A stretch of DNA of 64,000 bases. It comes from Mobula hypostoma (taxonomy: Eukaryota). A program made the translations under genes and the position numbers. Each line of letters opens with the position of its first letter. Within the stretch, counting starts at the first letter, position 1. Of this stretch, positions 1-11,100 are shown one piece after another. The stretch lies in assembly GCF_963921235.1 (NCBI RefSeq), contig NC_086107.1:100814001-100878000 (forward strand). The letters are read 5' to 3'. Below the pieces are notes generated by a model, which saw only the letters and a list, made by a program, of their open reading frames with translations, ran no database searches and had not been told where the DNA came from.

Positions 1-351
1 GTACTTTGCTGATATACTACTTTGTTTGGCATATATCCCTCCAAATCTTTCCTATCCTAGTAAAGCAAGTCCTTCAGTCTTAGCAACTTACACGAAATGC
101 TGGAGGAACTCAGCAGGCCAAGCAGCATCTATGGAAAAAGAGACTAATCGACGTTTCAGGCTGAGACCCTTCATCAAGACTGGAGAAAAAACGAGGAGTC
201 AATGTTTAAAAGTGGTGGGGTGGGGGAAGAGAGTGATAGGTGAAAATGTGGGGAGGGGGCGATGGGTTTGAAGTAAAGACCTGGGGAGTTGATTGGTGAA
301 AGAGATACAGGGCTGGAGAAGGGGGAGTCTAATAGAGGACATATATATATA

Positions 352-574
352 ACACATCACGCGGAAAGATGAACTAGAAAAACTCAGACTCTCTGGAAAG
401 ATTGAGGGGAGCAAACCTAGAGGAAGACCTTGGCTTATGTACATCAAAAGCATAGCCAGGTGGCTACACATCGAGGAAATGGAAGTCATCCAAAAAACGA
501 AGGATAGATCTATATGGAAAGCCATGGTCACCAAAGTCCGCATCGGATAGGGTACCTAGACAGACAGACAGACT
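352..574 (+). mobile_element. RTE-clade LINE 3' end with (AGAC)n tail
   Basis: Translates HITRKDELEKLRLSGKIEGSKPRGRP...KDRSIWKAMV, typical of the RTE C-terminus (GKIEGxxxRGRP); microsatellite tail. Confidence 0.75.
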
Positions 575-822
575 TTGCTGATGCTATAGTACCAAGAATA
601 AACCACTGCCTCACGACAATGGAGGCCTGGTTTCTATCCCCAACTCATCAGGTGCTGTCTGTGTGGAGTATACATGCTCTCCCTGTGACACTCTAGGTTT
701 TCCATAGAGTGCTCCAGTTACATCCCAAAGAGGTGCAGGTTGGGTGGTCAGTAAATTGCACCAAGTGAAGACTGAGGGAGAATATGCTATGGGGAAGTAA
801 AGGATGTATTGGTTCAGACTGA

Positions 823-1375
823 AGGAACAAGATCTCCCAGTGACCACCCATTTTATTTCCACTTCTCATTCTGACATGTCCATCAATGGTCTCCTCTATT
901 GTCCTGATGAGGCCACACTCAGGTTGGAGGACCAACATCTTGTATTCCATCTGGGTAGCCTCCAACCTGATGGCATGAACATCAATTTGTCGAATTTCTG
1001 GTAACTGCCCCTCCTTCACCATTCCCCATTCCCATTTCCCTCTCTCACCTTATCTCCTTACCTGCCCATCACCTTCCTCTGGTGCTCCTTCCCCTTTTCT
1101 TTCTTCCATGGCCTTTTGTCCTCTATTAGATTCCCCCTTCTGCAGCCCTGTATCTCTTTCACCAATCAACTCCCCAGGTCTTTACTTCAAACCACCCCAC
1201 TACCCCCAGCATTTTCACCTATCACTCCCCCCACCACTTTTAAACATTGACTCCTCGTTTTTTCTCCCGTCCCGATGAAGGGTCTCAGCCCGAAACTTCA
1301 ACCATTCTCTTTTTCCCATTGATGCTGCTTGGCCTGCTGAGTTCCTCCAGCATTCCGTGTAAGTTGCTAAGACTG
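823..1375 (+). mobile_element. Penelope-like element 3' fragment (end of GIY-YIG ORF plus pLTR); inverted partial copy at 75-341
   Basis: QDLPVTTHF...[19 protein letters not shown] matches the copies in intron 5. Confidence 0.85.
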
Positions 1376-1712
1376 GCTTTACTAGGATGGGAAAGATTTG
1401 GAGGGATATATGCCAAACACAGGCACATGTTCAAGTGGCCAAATGGGTGAGTATAGACGCGATGGGCCGAGGGACCGTTTCAATATGACTCATAGACCTC
1501 GTGGGCTGCATTCTTATAAATAAACTCCCGGAAATTAAAGGGCAATCTTGTAATGTTGCCACAACTTCCCCCATTGCTAAAGATTTACTATTTCTATATA
1601 ATCTCTATTCTATATTAACGTGCTTTACAAGATAATAAGACGCCCCAAACTGAAGCTCCCAGAAGGCGGCCGGCGAGCGGCCCGTCACCATGACGACTCA
1701 TCATGACGCCGC

Positions 1713-1722
1713 ATCACCCCAT
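1713..1722 (+). promoter_or_regulatory. Sterol regulatory element (SRE-1-like) ATCACCCCAT
   Basis: 9/10 match to SRE-1 ATCACCCCAC, 18 nt from an inverted CCAAT box; mammalian SREBF2 has this autoregulatory pair. Confidence 0.8.
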
Positions 1723-1740
1723 CAGCCGGAGCGCCAGCCC

Positions 1741-1745
1741 ATTGG
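1741..1745 (-). promoter_or_regulatory. Inverted CCAAT box (NF-Y site), cccATTGGc
   Basis: ATTGG next to the SRE; NF-Y is an established SREBP co-regulator. Confidence 0.7.
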
Positions 1746-1840
1746 CCCGCCGGCGTCTCGTGTTCTGGGTAACAACAAACGGTCGCTGCTCGCGCCACCG
1801 TTCGAGCAGCATACGCGCGGAAAGGGGGCGTCTCCGGCCT

Positions 1841-1869
1841 GTGACGTCACCCCGGAGCAAGATGGCGGC
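1841..1869. promoter_or_regulatory. CRE palindrome GTGACGTCAC (1841-1850) and YY1 motif CAAGATGGCGGC (1858-1869)
   Basis: Exact consensus matches inside the CpG-rich promoter. Confidence 0.65.
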
Positions 1870-2028
1870 GCTGTCAGTGAGGAAGTAGCATCGGCGCAGG
1901 GAATGGCAACAATGAAGCCCGAAAGTAGGAGATACGCCAAATTATTTTTTTGAGAAAGGGGTGGGAAGAGTCACCATTTCATTATTACATTCCCAGAAAA
2001 GCGTCTCCATCACTGTTCTGTTAAAGTA

Positions 2029-2113
2029 ATGGAGAACGAGGACATGTCGCTGGAGAATATGGACCCCTCACTGACTGAGTTCAGTGAGGGACTCAATTTT
2101 GGGGATATAGACG
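2029..2113 (+). CDS. SREBF2: SREBF2 coding exon 1 ([28 protein letters not shown]), transactivation domain
   Basis: gtaATGg start; donor GACG|GTGAGT, phase 1. Confidence 0.92.
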
Positions 2114-5100
2114 GTGAGTTGGTATTTTGTCGACCATTCCCAACCCCTTGGGCGTTGAATGTCACCCGCCACAGCATATTACTTGCAGTATGTGTGGTTC
2201 TGCAGGGAGGGGGAAGGAAAGAGTTTACAGTTGTAGGGTATTTACTCTCCTTACTGTTAAGAGTTAATCAGAGGTAGTAAGTTCAATGTGATGATTTGAT
2301 GTATAATATCTATAAACTTTGCAACTCGGAATGTAATATATGCTACTGAAACTTATTTTGTTGATCAGTGTTTTTGATACAAAGTACTTGTCTTCCTTCA
2401 AAATTGTATGCTTTTTTACTTTCAAATTATTATGAAACTATCGCATCTGTGCTTTTAACAAAATAAAATGAATTTAAATTAGAACATGGCCTTTGGCCCA
2501 TTGTGCCCCACACTGGCCAATACAGTGTAACCGAGGCTTGTTCATTTTCTAGTTCCTATCAATATTGTGAACTACAGCATACTGAGCTCATCTAGGCTTT
2601 CTTCAAATATTCTGATATTCCACTGCTCCAAAAGGCTTTCAGACAGTGGGTTTAAGATCTCTACCATCTTGAATCAAAATGATTTTTTAAGATTCCTATT
2701 AAAAATGTCTATAAATCATCTTAAATCTGTGCCAGTTCATTATTGGCCTTTCTGCTCAGATTAGCTTAAATTAATCTATTATACGATCTACGTGTATCAT
2801 GAGAGCAGAATTCGATGTTGGAGTCGGTTTTCCATCCAATAACTCCATGGCTGGTATTTTCAGTCAGTGCTGTTTTCCTGTACCATCTGCTGCTAAGGCA
2901 ATCAGTATATCCACTGATGTGCTTAACAATAGCAATCTTGCATTCTTAATCCAAAGTTCCTGTTGGCCTTTGTCCACAAGAAATGAGCCCCTATATCCAT
3001 TGGATGAATTAATTTTTTTTCTGTCTTGTATAGCTGAATTACAGTCAGGGTAAACATCTTCTTGCAATAGTTGCCAACATACCATTTCTTCCAAATTGCT
3101 TGCTTATGTGTTATTACCTTCCAGTGATCTGTGTGCGGGATCAGCAATCTGCTGGAAGTGTGCTTTTGGGGAGGGGGGGAGAGGAATCTATGGGTTGACA
3201 AATGCAGAGTCTGGGGCAAAAAATAAACTGCTGGTAGAACTGAGGTCAAGCCACATCTCCAGAGGCAAAGGGATTGTCAAGGTTTTCGATCAAGATCTTG
3301 CATCAGGACTGAGAGTGTAGAGGGAAGACTGATGGTATTTTGAGGCTGGCAGGGTTCTGGGAGTTATGGGTGAGAAGGAATGAACAGACCAAGGGAGTCA
3401 CAGAGAATTACGGAAAGCAGAAAGGGAAGAAGAGCAGAAGATGTGGCGGGATTCTGTTGGAGCTGAAGAAGGTGGTGAAGGATGATATGCTGGATATAGA
3501 GGCATCCAATCTATTTTCATAATGTGCACCTGCTATGTATTCACCACCTACTAAAATTCTCCAGAATACCTTGAAGTCCTTGCGTCCCTGTCAGAGCTCT
3601 CAATCTATCCCTTTTGTTAGCAAACTTCGAGCACCTCCACACCATCTGCCACAAACGGGACTTCCTGGTAGCCAAAATTTTGACTCCAATTCCCATTCCA
3701 ATGTGTCGATCTTTGGATTTCCAGCATCTGCAGATTTTCAAACTTAGAAATATTCTCTTCATTTATATCATCCACATCTCTGCAGGTTGCAAAGAGCTGG
3801 GCCCAAACATTCATTCCTCTTGTCACCCACTAGTCATTGCCTGCACCCTAGGAAAATCATATTTATTCCATCTCTCCTATCGACAGATAACCATTTTCCA
3901 ATGTGTGACAGTAGAGTAGCCTAGTCCTGTGTATTTTAATTTTGTACGCAAATTTCTGAAACCTTATCAAGTTATTCAGAAAATCTAAATACGCCACATC
4001 CTCTAGTGCACCTTTACCTAGCCTACTGTGTACGTCATCAAAACATTCCAGTGTTTGTTGAATATGATTTTCCCTTCATAACATTGTGTCAGCTTCTTCT
4101 GATATTGGATGTTAAGTGTTAGCGCACGTGGGTATCTAACTGCAGGAGGATGGATAAGAATGACGAATATCAACAATACTTATTATGTTTTTCTATTCTG
4201 AAGCTACACTTCAGAATGCTGCATCTGCTATTTAATTGTCAGACAAATGAACTAGTAAATGCCACCGGGGTTTGGGTGGGGTGGGGTGTGGAAACTGTCA
4301 GGACATGCTGATGAAAGGTCTAGATGGAGTGGATATGGGGAAGATCTTCCAAATAGAACATAGAACACTACAACACAGTGAAAGCTCTTCAGCCCACAAT
4401 GTTGTGCCAACCCAACACCTACTCTAAAATTAGTCTAACTCTTCCCTCCTACAGAGCCCTTCATTTTACTATCATACATGCATCTATCGGTGTGGGCACG
4501 TGGCTAAGTGGTTAACGCATTGGACTAGTGACCTGAAGGTCGTGAGTTCGAGCCCCAGCCGAGGGAACGTGTGTGTGTCCTTGAGCAAGGCACTTAATCA
4601 CATGGTGCTCTGCGATGACACTGGTGCCAAGCTGTATGGGTCCTAATATCCTTCCCTTGGACAACATTGGTGTCGTGGAGAGGGGAGACTTGCAGCATGG
4701 GCAACTGCTGGTCTTCCATACAGCCTTGCCCAGGCCTGCGTTCTGGAGAGTGAAGACTTTCCAGGCGCAGATCCATGGTCTCGCAAGACTAACAGATGCC
4801 TTTTATTCTTGCATCTATCTAAGAGTCTCTTTATTGTCTCTAATGTATTTGGCTCTGCCACCACCCCTGGCAGGGTGTTTCATACACTCACCACTCTCTG
4901 TGTAGAAGAAACCTGCCTCTGACATTCCCCCTATACTTTCCCCTCCAGCATCCTTAAAGTTATGTCCCCTCATATTAGCCATTTCCTCCTTGAGGAAAAA
5001 GTCCCTGGTGGTCCACTTTGGCTATCTTTTTCAGACCAGCTCCTGGTAAATCTCCTCTGTACCCTCTCTAAACCTTCCATGTCCTTCCTGTAATGAGGTG

Positions 5101-8100
5101 ACGAGAGCTGATTATAATGTTCTTAGTGTGGCCTAACCAGGGCTTTTTTAGCGCTGTAACATTACCTCAGCTCTTGAGCTCAATCCATCGACTAATGAAG
5201 GCCGACACACCATAAACCTCACGCTTTCTTAACAACCGTATCAATTTGTAGGGCAATTTTGAGGGATATAGACCCAAAGATTCTTCTGTTCCTCCAAAAT
5301 GTTAAGAATCTGACCGTGAACCCTGTATCCTGCCTTCAAATTCAACCTTCCATACTGAATCACTTCACACTTCTCCGGGTTGAATTCCATCTGCTGCTTC
5401 TTAATGCAGCCCCCGCCCCCAATCTTGTCAAAGTCCCCTTGTAACCTATGACAGCCTTCTGAGCTATTCACAACTCCAGCAACCTTTGTGTTATCTGCAA
5501 GCTTACTAACCCTTCCAAGTTATGTATAAAAATCACAAAGAGCAGGGGTTCCAGAACAAATTGTGGGAGAGTCTAGGACCAGAGTGGACAGCCTCAGAAT
5601 AGAGGGCCGTCCCTTTAGAACTGAGATGAAGAGGAATTTCTTTAGCCACAGGGTGGTTAATCTATGGAATTCATTGCCACAGACAGCTGTGGAGTCCAAG
5701 TCATTGTGTATATTTAAAGCAGATGATAATAGTAGGGGCACCAAACGTCATGGGGAGAAGGCAGGAAAATGCAGTTGAGAGGGAAAATAAATCAGCTATG
5801 ATCAAATGGCCTACTTCTGGTTCTTATGATCTTGTGTAGTAATGGGTGAGTGCGATGTTGCAAACAAGATATTGCAGGTGCTGGAAACCACAAATAAAAC
5901 AGGAAGTGTCAGAAAACATGTTTTCAGTCAATGATAGTGCGTTGCCTTTGATGAAAAGTCTATAGCCTGAAATGAGGACTACGTCAGGTATAAAACACTT
6001 CAATCAGACCTAGTCATGGGTAACTTACTCATCTTTCACAATGTCACTCTTCCAAAGCACTTAATACCTTACTGTAGGTGGGGGGGAGGAATGTCGACTC
6101 AGACCATGAGAGACCTGTGTCGGGCACTTTCATGCCTTACAAGGCGCAGATTGGAAGTCTGTGTGGGGCACCACTCCTCGCACAGACACTAGAGCAATGT
6201 GTGGTTAAGTGCCTTGCTCAAGGGCACAAACACACTGCCACAGCTGAGGCTCGAACTAGCGACCTTGAGATCACTAGACAAACCACTTGGCCACGTGCCC
6301 AACACTGATGAAATTAAAGTCATGTTATATCAGAAACTAGTTTGATATTGAGTAGCATAATTTAGTTAATACAAAAAGAACATTTATTAAGGGTTATTGC
6401 AGCATTTAGTTTCTTGTCCCTAGTAAGCTTTCTAGCTTGTTTTTGTATCTTACTGTGATACATGTTGTACTGACGTACTTAAGCCCATCACCCCTTCAGA
6501 GCATTGACAGTAGCTCGCTAGGGTCCTCTGTCCTGGGCCAGTCTTTAATGTTGTCTCCAGGTGAAGTCTATCTTCTAGGTGTATCCTTGCTCTCTTGAGG
6601 ATGAGGTCTTTGGAACTTCTGTTGGCATTTCTGCAGCACCGGGTTTTTATGAGATGGGGTTACCAGCTCCATGCCCAACCCCCTTCCTTCCACAGCTGGG
6701 CTTGGGACTGACTGTTCATGGTGGAGTTGATACATGTTGTAATTGGATGTTGTGGTGTTCTCCAAGCTTTGCAATTAGCTTGCAAATGTTTTATCAGCAG
6801 TCGAGGTGATGCAGTGCACAGTTGCTGGTGTTTCTCTCACGGAGTGCTCACGTTAAATAACCCCCTGTTTGCTTCCTTCAATTCTGATTGGTTACCCCTT
6901 CAGTTGACCTTTGAATTCTATTGGCTCATGTTTCTTTGGCTCTTAGGGGTTCGTAGATGGTGTCTATTTCGTATTTGTTTTCAGAGTTATGAGAAAAGAA
7001 CCACGCTTCTAAAAATTCTCATGCCTGCTATATAAACGCGAGCACACCCAGAGAGAAACACCAGCAGCTGCACACTGAGGATCTCACCTTGACTGATGAT
7101 GAAGCATCTGCAAGCCAATCGCCAAGCTCAGCGAACATCACATGACCAAACGCCTCAACCCGAGCTACCAATATTCACCACCATTCTAAACGTGTTGAAA
7201 CCTCCAACCAAATCTGGATAAGCTCAACTCACGCTCTTGCCTCTTGATAAACTGGAATCTCTTGCATCAGAATAATGTGGAGCCCGGAACCTGTAAAGAA
7301 AAAAGTGTTTCTTCTGAGCTGCCTTTTGTGCAATTATTTTGCAATTCAGATATGCACTATCTGCTTATTTCATCAGAGGAGGAGTAGAACACCATATAGC
7401 CCTTGAGCATGTTCTGTCCTGGTCACACACCCAGCACCATTACCTCCACTAACCCTTATGCCTTGGTTTATCAGAGTATAAGAGGTCAGTTAGGCCGTTC
7501 GGCCAATCAAGTCTGCTTTGCCATTTGATCTTGACTGATTTTATTTTCCCTCTCAGCCCCATTTAGTTGCCTTTTCCCTTGACTAATCAAGAACCTATCA
7601 ACTTCCGCTTTAAATTTACCCAATGACTTGCCCTCCACAGACATATATGGCAATGAATTCCACAAATACATCACCTTCTGGCTGAAGAAATTCCTCTTCA
7701 TTGCTGTTCTAAAGGGATGTCCTTGTATTCTGAGGCTGTGCCCTCAAGTCCTCAACTTTCCCACTAATGGAAGCATCCTTTCCACCTCCACTCCTCCACT
7801 CTATCTAGACCTCTCAATATTTGGTAGATTTCAAAGAGATTTCTCTCCCCCCCCCCCCCCGCCCCATTCTTCTAAACTATAGTGAATACAGGCTCAGGGC
7901 CATCAAGTGCTTCTCATATATTAACCCTTTCATTTCCTGGGTCATTCTCATAAACTTTCTCTGGACCTTCTCCAATGTTAGCCCATCCTTTTTTGAGCTA
8001 TGAGGCCTCAAAACTGCTCACAATACTTTAAATGTGTTCTGACAAATGTCATTTTAGTGCCAATGCATTACATCCTTGCTTTTATATTCTAGTCTTCTCA

Positions 8101-11100
8101 GAATGAATGCTAACATTGTATTTGCCTTCCTTACTACTGACTCAACCTGCAAGTTAACCTTTAGAGAATCTTGCACAGGACTCCTGAGTTCCTTTGCACC
8201 TCCAATGTTTGAATTCCTCCCTGTTTAGAAAAAGCTTACTCTTTTCATCCTTCTGGCAAATGCATGACCATATGCTTCCTTTCATTGTATTCTATCAGCC
8301 ACTTCTTTGCCCATTCTCTTATTCTGTCCCAGGTCCTTCTGTAGACTCCTGAAATCTATCAGTCTCCATTTTGGGTGAAATTTGTGACTGGGCCTCCTTT
8401 GCTCTATAAGGTTGAAAGTTCCAGAGGTTCATCATCCACCTTTCCATCCCGAATAACCTCCCCCATGTTCCCCACTTCTAGATTCCTCAACTCCGGAAAA
8501 TATCATTCCTGCAGCCATCCTTTTGAACGTTGTAAGAAGGGTCTTGGCCCAAAACGTCGACTGTCTATTCATTTCCATAGATTCTGCCTGACCTGCTGAG
8601 TTCCTCCAGTATTTTGTGTGTATTGATTTAGAATTTTACAAATTTCAATGAAGTCACCTCTTTTTCTTTCAAAAACTAGAGAGTGAAGCATAGTCTATTA
8701 ATGTCTCCCTGTATAGTAAACCAGAGAGGAACTAGTCTAGTGAATATTCCTTGCACTCCCTCAGGTACTTCTGTTCTTAGGAGACCAAAGTTTTACACAA
8801 TACTTTTGGTGTATTCTCACCAAGACCTTGTTTCATTGCAGTAAGACATGTTTATTTCTGTTGAAATCTTCATCATGAAACCTAGCACATACTTTATTGT
8901 TTTACAGATTACTGCGCTTTCCTGTCTGGATTGTAGGATTTGTGAAATTGGATAGGCTGGGGGCGATTTCCCTGGAGCAAAGTAGGTTGAGGGCCGACCT
9001 AATGGAGGCCTATCAAATTATAAGAGTGATAGACAAGATAGTCAGTCAGAATCTTGTGCCCATATTAGTGGTATCACAAACAAGAAGGCATAGGTTTAAG
9101 GTGAGAGGAAGTGAAAGAGAATTTGAGGGGAACATTTTGTTTTACACAGAAAGTAGTTGATACCTGGAACTTGCTGCTGGAGGACGTGGTGGGATCAGAT
9201 ACAATTACTGTTCAGGTACTTGGATAAGTCAGACAGAGAAGGATATGAACCCAATGAGGGCAATTGTGATTGGAGTTGATGACAAAAGAGTTTGACGTGG
9301 ACGTGGTGGAATGAAGAATCTGTTTCTGGTCTCTGCAACTCTATGACTGTGTTAACATTTGGTGGGAGGACACTTCAGTTCCTTTGAACATTAAAATTTC
9401 CAAGCCCCTCTGCACTTAATAAAAAAAAAGCTTTTATCTTTTACACTAAGAATGGACGACCTCACATTCAGCATATTAAAGCCTCCTTATCTCATCCTTA
9501 CTGCTAAGTGCATCTCTTGTTTCCTGATTACAGATTTTTCATGTCAATTCCTACCAAATAATGTGCACAGAGGCAATGACATAACTGAACATACAACAAG
9601 GCCTTTCAGGTTTTGAAGCTGAAATTTATAAGCATCTGTTCCTTCTAGAATAACGCTAGACAGTCCGTGCTGTAAGTCTTTTGCTCAGAGTTGCTCTGGG
9701 AGAAAGGCAGGGAAGTTGTGGTTTCAGAGGCAGTTCCATGGACCCTAGTACATAACTTAGATGGCACTGTAGTCCAGGGTTTACAAATGGTGTGAGGTTG
9801 AAGATCCCCATAGGTGACTGTAAGGAGTTTGTACATTCTCCCCGTTACCACGCGAGTTTCCTCCGGGTGCTCCAATTTCCCCCGTATTCTAAAGGTTACT
9901 AGGTTAATTGGTCTCATGGGTGCCGGCTCTTGAGTAGAAAGGGCCTGTTACGTGCTGTACCTCTAACTTGAAAGAAAAATGATACCAGCTGCAGAATGGA
10001 ATGTTGCATGTTGTCAAATGTTGCCATTATTTGAGATACTGTCAGTCTGGCCATTCTCTTCTAACCTCTCTCATTAATAAGGCATTTTCACTCTCAACTG
10101 CCGCTCACTGGATGATTTTCCAGGAGATTAGCAGTTTCTGAGGTACCAAACTACCCCATTTGGCACCAACAATCATTCCATGGTTAAAATCACTTTAATC
10201 ACATTTCGTCCCCTGTCTGAACAATGACTTAAGCTCTTGACCATGTCTGCACACCACTGTGCATTGAGTTGCTGCTACATGATTGGCTGATCAGATATTT
10301 GCTTTAAGAGCAAGTATGCAAGTGACCCTAATAAAGTAGCTGCTGAATGTACATAGAAATAATTAGTATCATTGCAAAGTTAATGGTTACAAGTGCTCAT
10401 CCAAGTGGATGTCTTGAAAGACAGTTGTAAAAGTTCTTAATGTGGTTTTATGATGGATTCCTGGTTCTGCCAGATCAAATGCTTATCAGTACATGAACTG
10501 GGTACATTATTATAAATTTTAGTTGTACTTTAATAAATGGTGACTGACGTTGGTTTCTAGCATTAATATTTTACACTCAGTGAGATGTTATGACAGTTGC
10601 TAAGAAAGAAACTGACTCACAGGAAGATGGATTTTCTCCTCCTTGATACTAATTACATTATTATTTCATAGAAATGCTGCAGTTTGTCAGTGGTCAAGTG
10701 GGTGACTTTCCTGACCTGTTTGAGCATTTCAGCACTGGTCTGACGGGATGCGAAAAGCTCGACCAGCCTCCAGTTGCTCCACCACAGCAGCAAGGAGCAC
10801 CGCCGCAGGCACCAATACTGCAACAGCAGCTGGTGCAGCAACAGGTGCAGCAGCAAGTTCATCCCTCCGCAGCACCAGCGATCCCACAGACCCCTTCCCC
10901 TGCAACCCAAAGGACCACCCCAGTTCTACACCCTCGTCCGCCAGTACACACACAGCCGCAGCAGCAAACCTTCATGATAACATCAAACTTTACCTCAGCA
11001 CCGACGCAGACTCGGATCATTCAGCAGCCTGTACTCACCTACCAGAACCAAGGAGGATTCTCAGGTATGAGTTTGCATACAAAGTATTTCAGAATATTAT

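Larger units (their letters stand above)
1660..1900 (+). promoter_or_regulatory. SREBF2 CpG-rich promoter region
   Basis: Sharp local rise in CpG just upstream of the first ATG, with clustered SRE, CCAAT, CRE, YY1 and ETS-like motifs. Confidence 0.85.

Noticed and set aside
1690..1953. 87-aa ORF and overlapping ORFs in the promoter
   Set aside because: By-product of GC-rich promoter sequence, no recognisable protein; only the short distal uORFs are kept as a hypothesis
4494..4563. tRNA-like sequence with A and B boxes
   Set aside because: Runs straight into a SINE body repeated at 27047-27350, so it is a SINE head and not a tRNA gene
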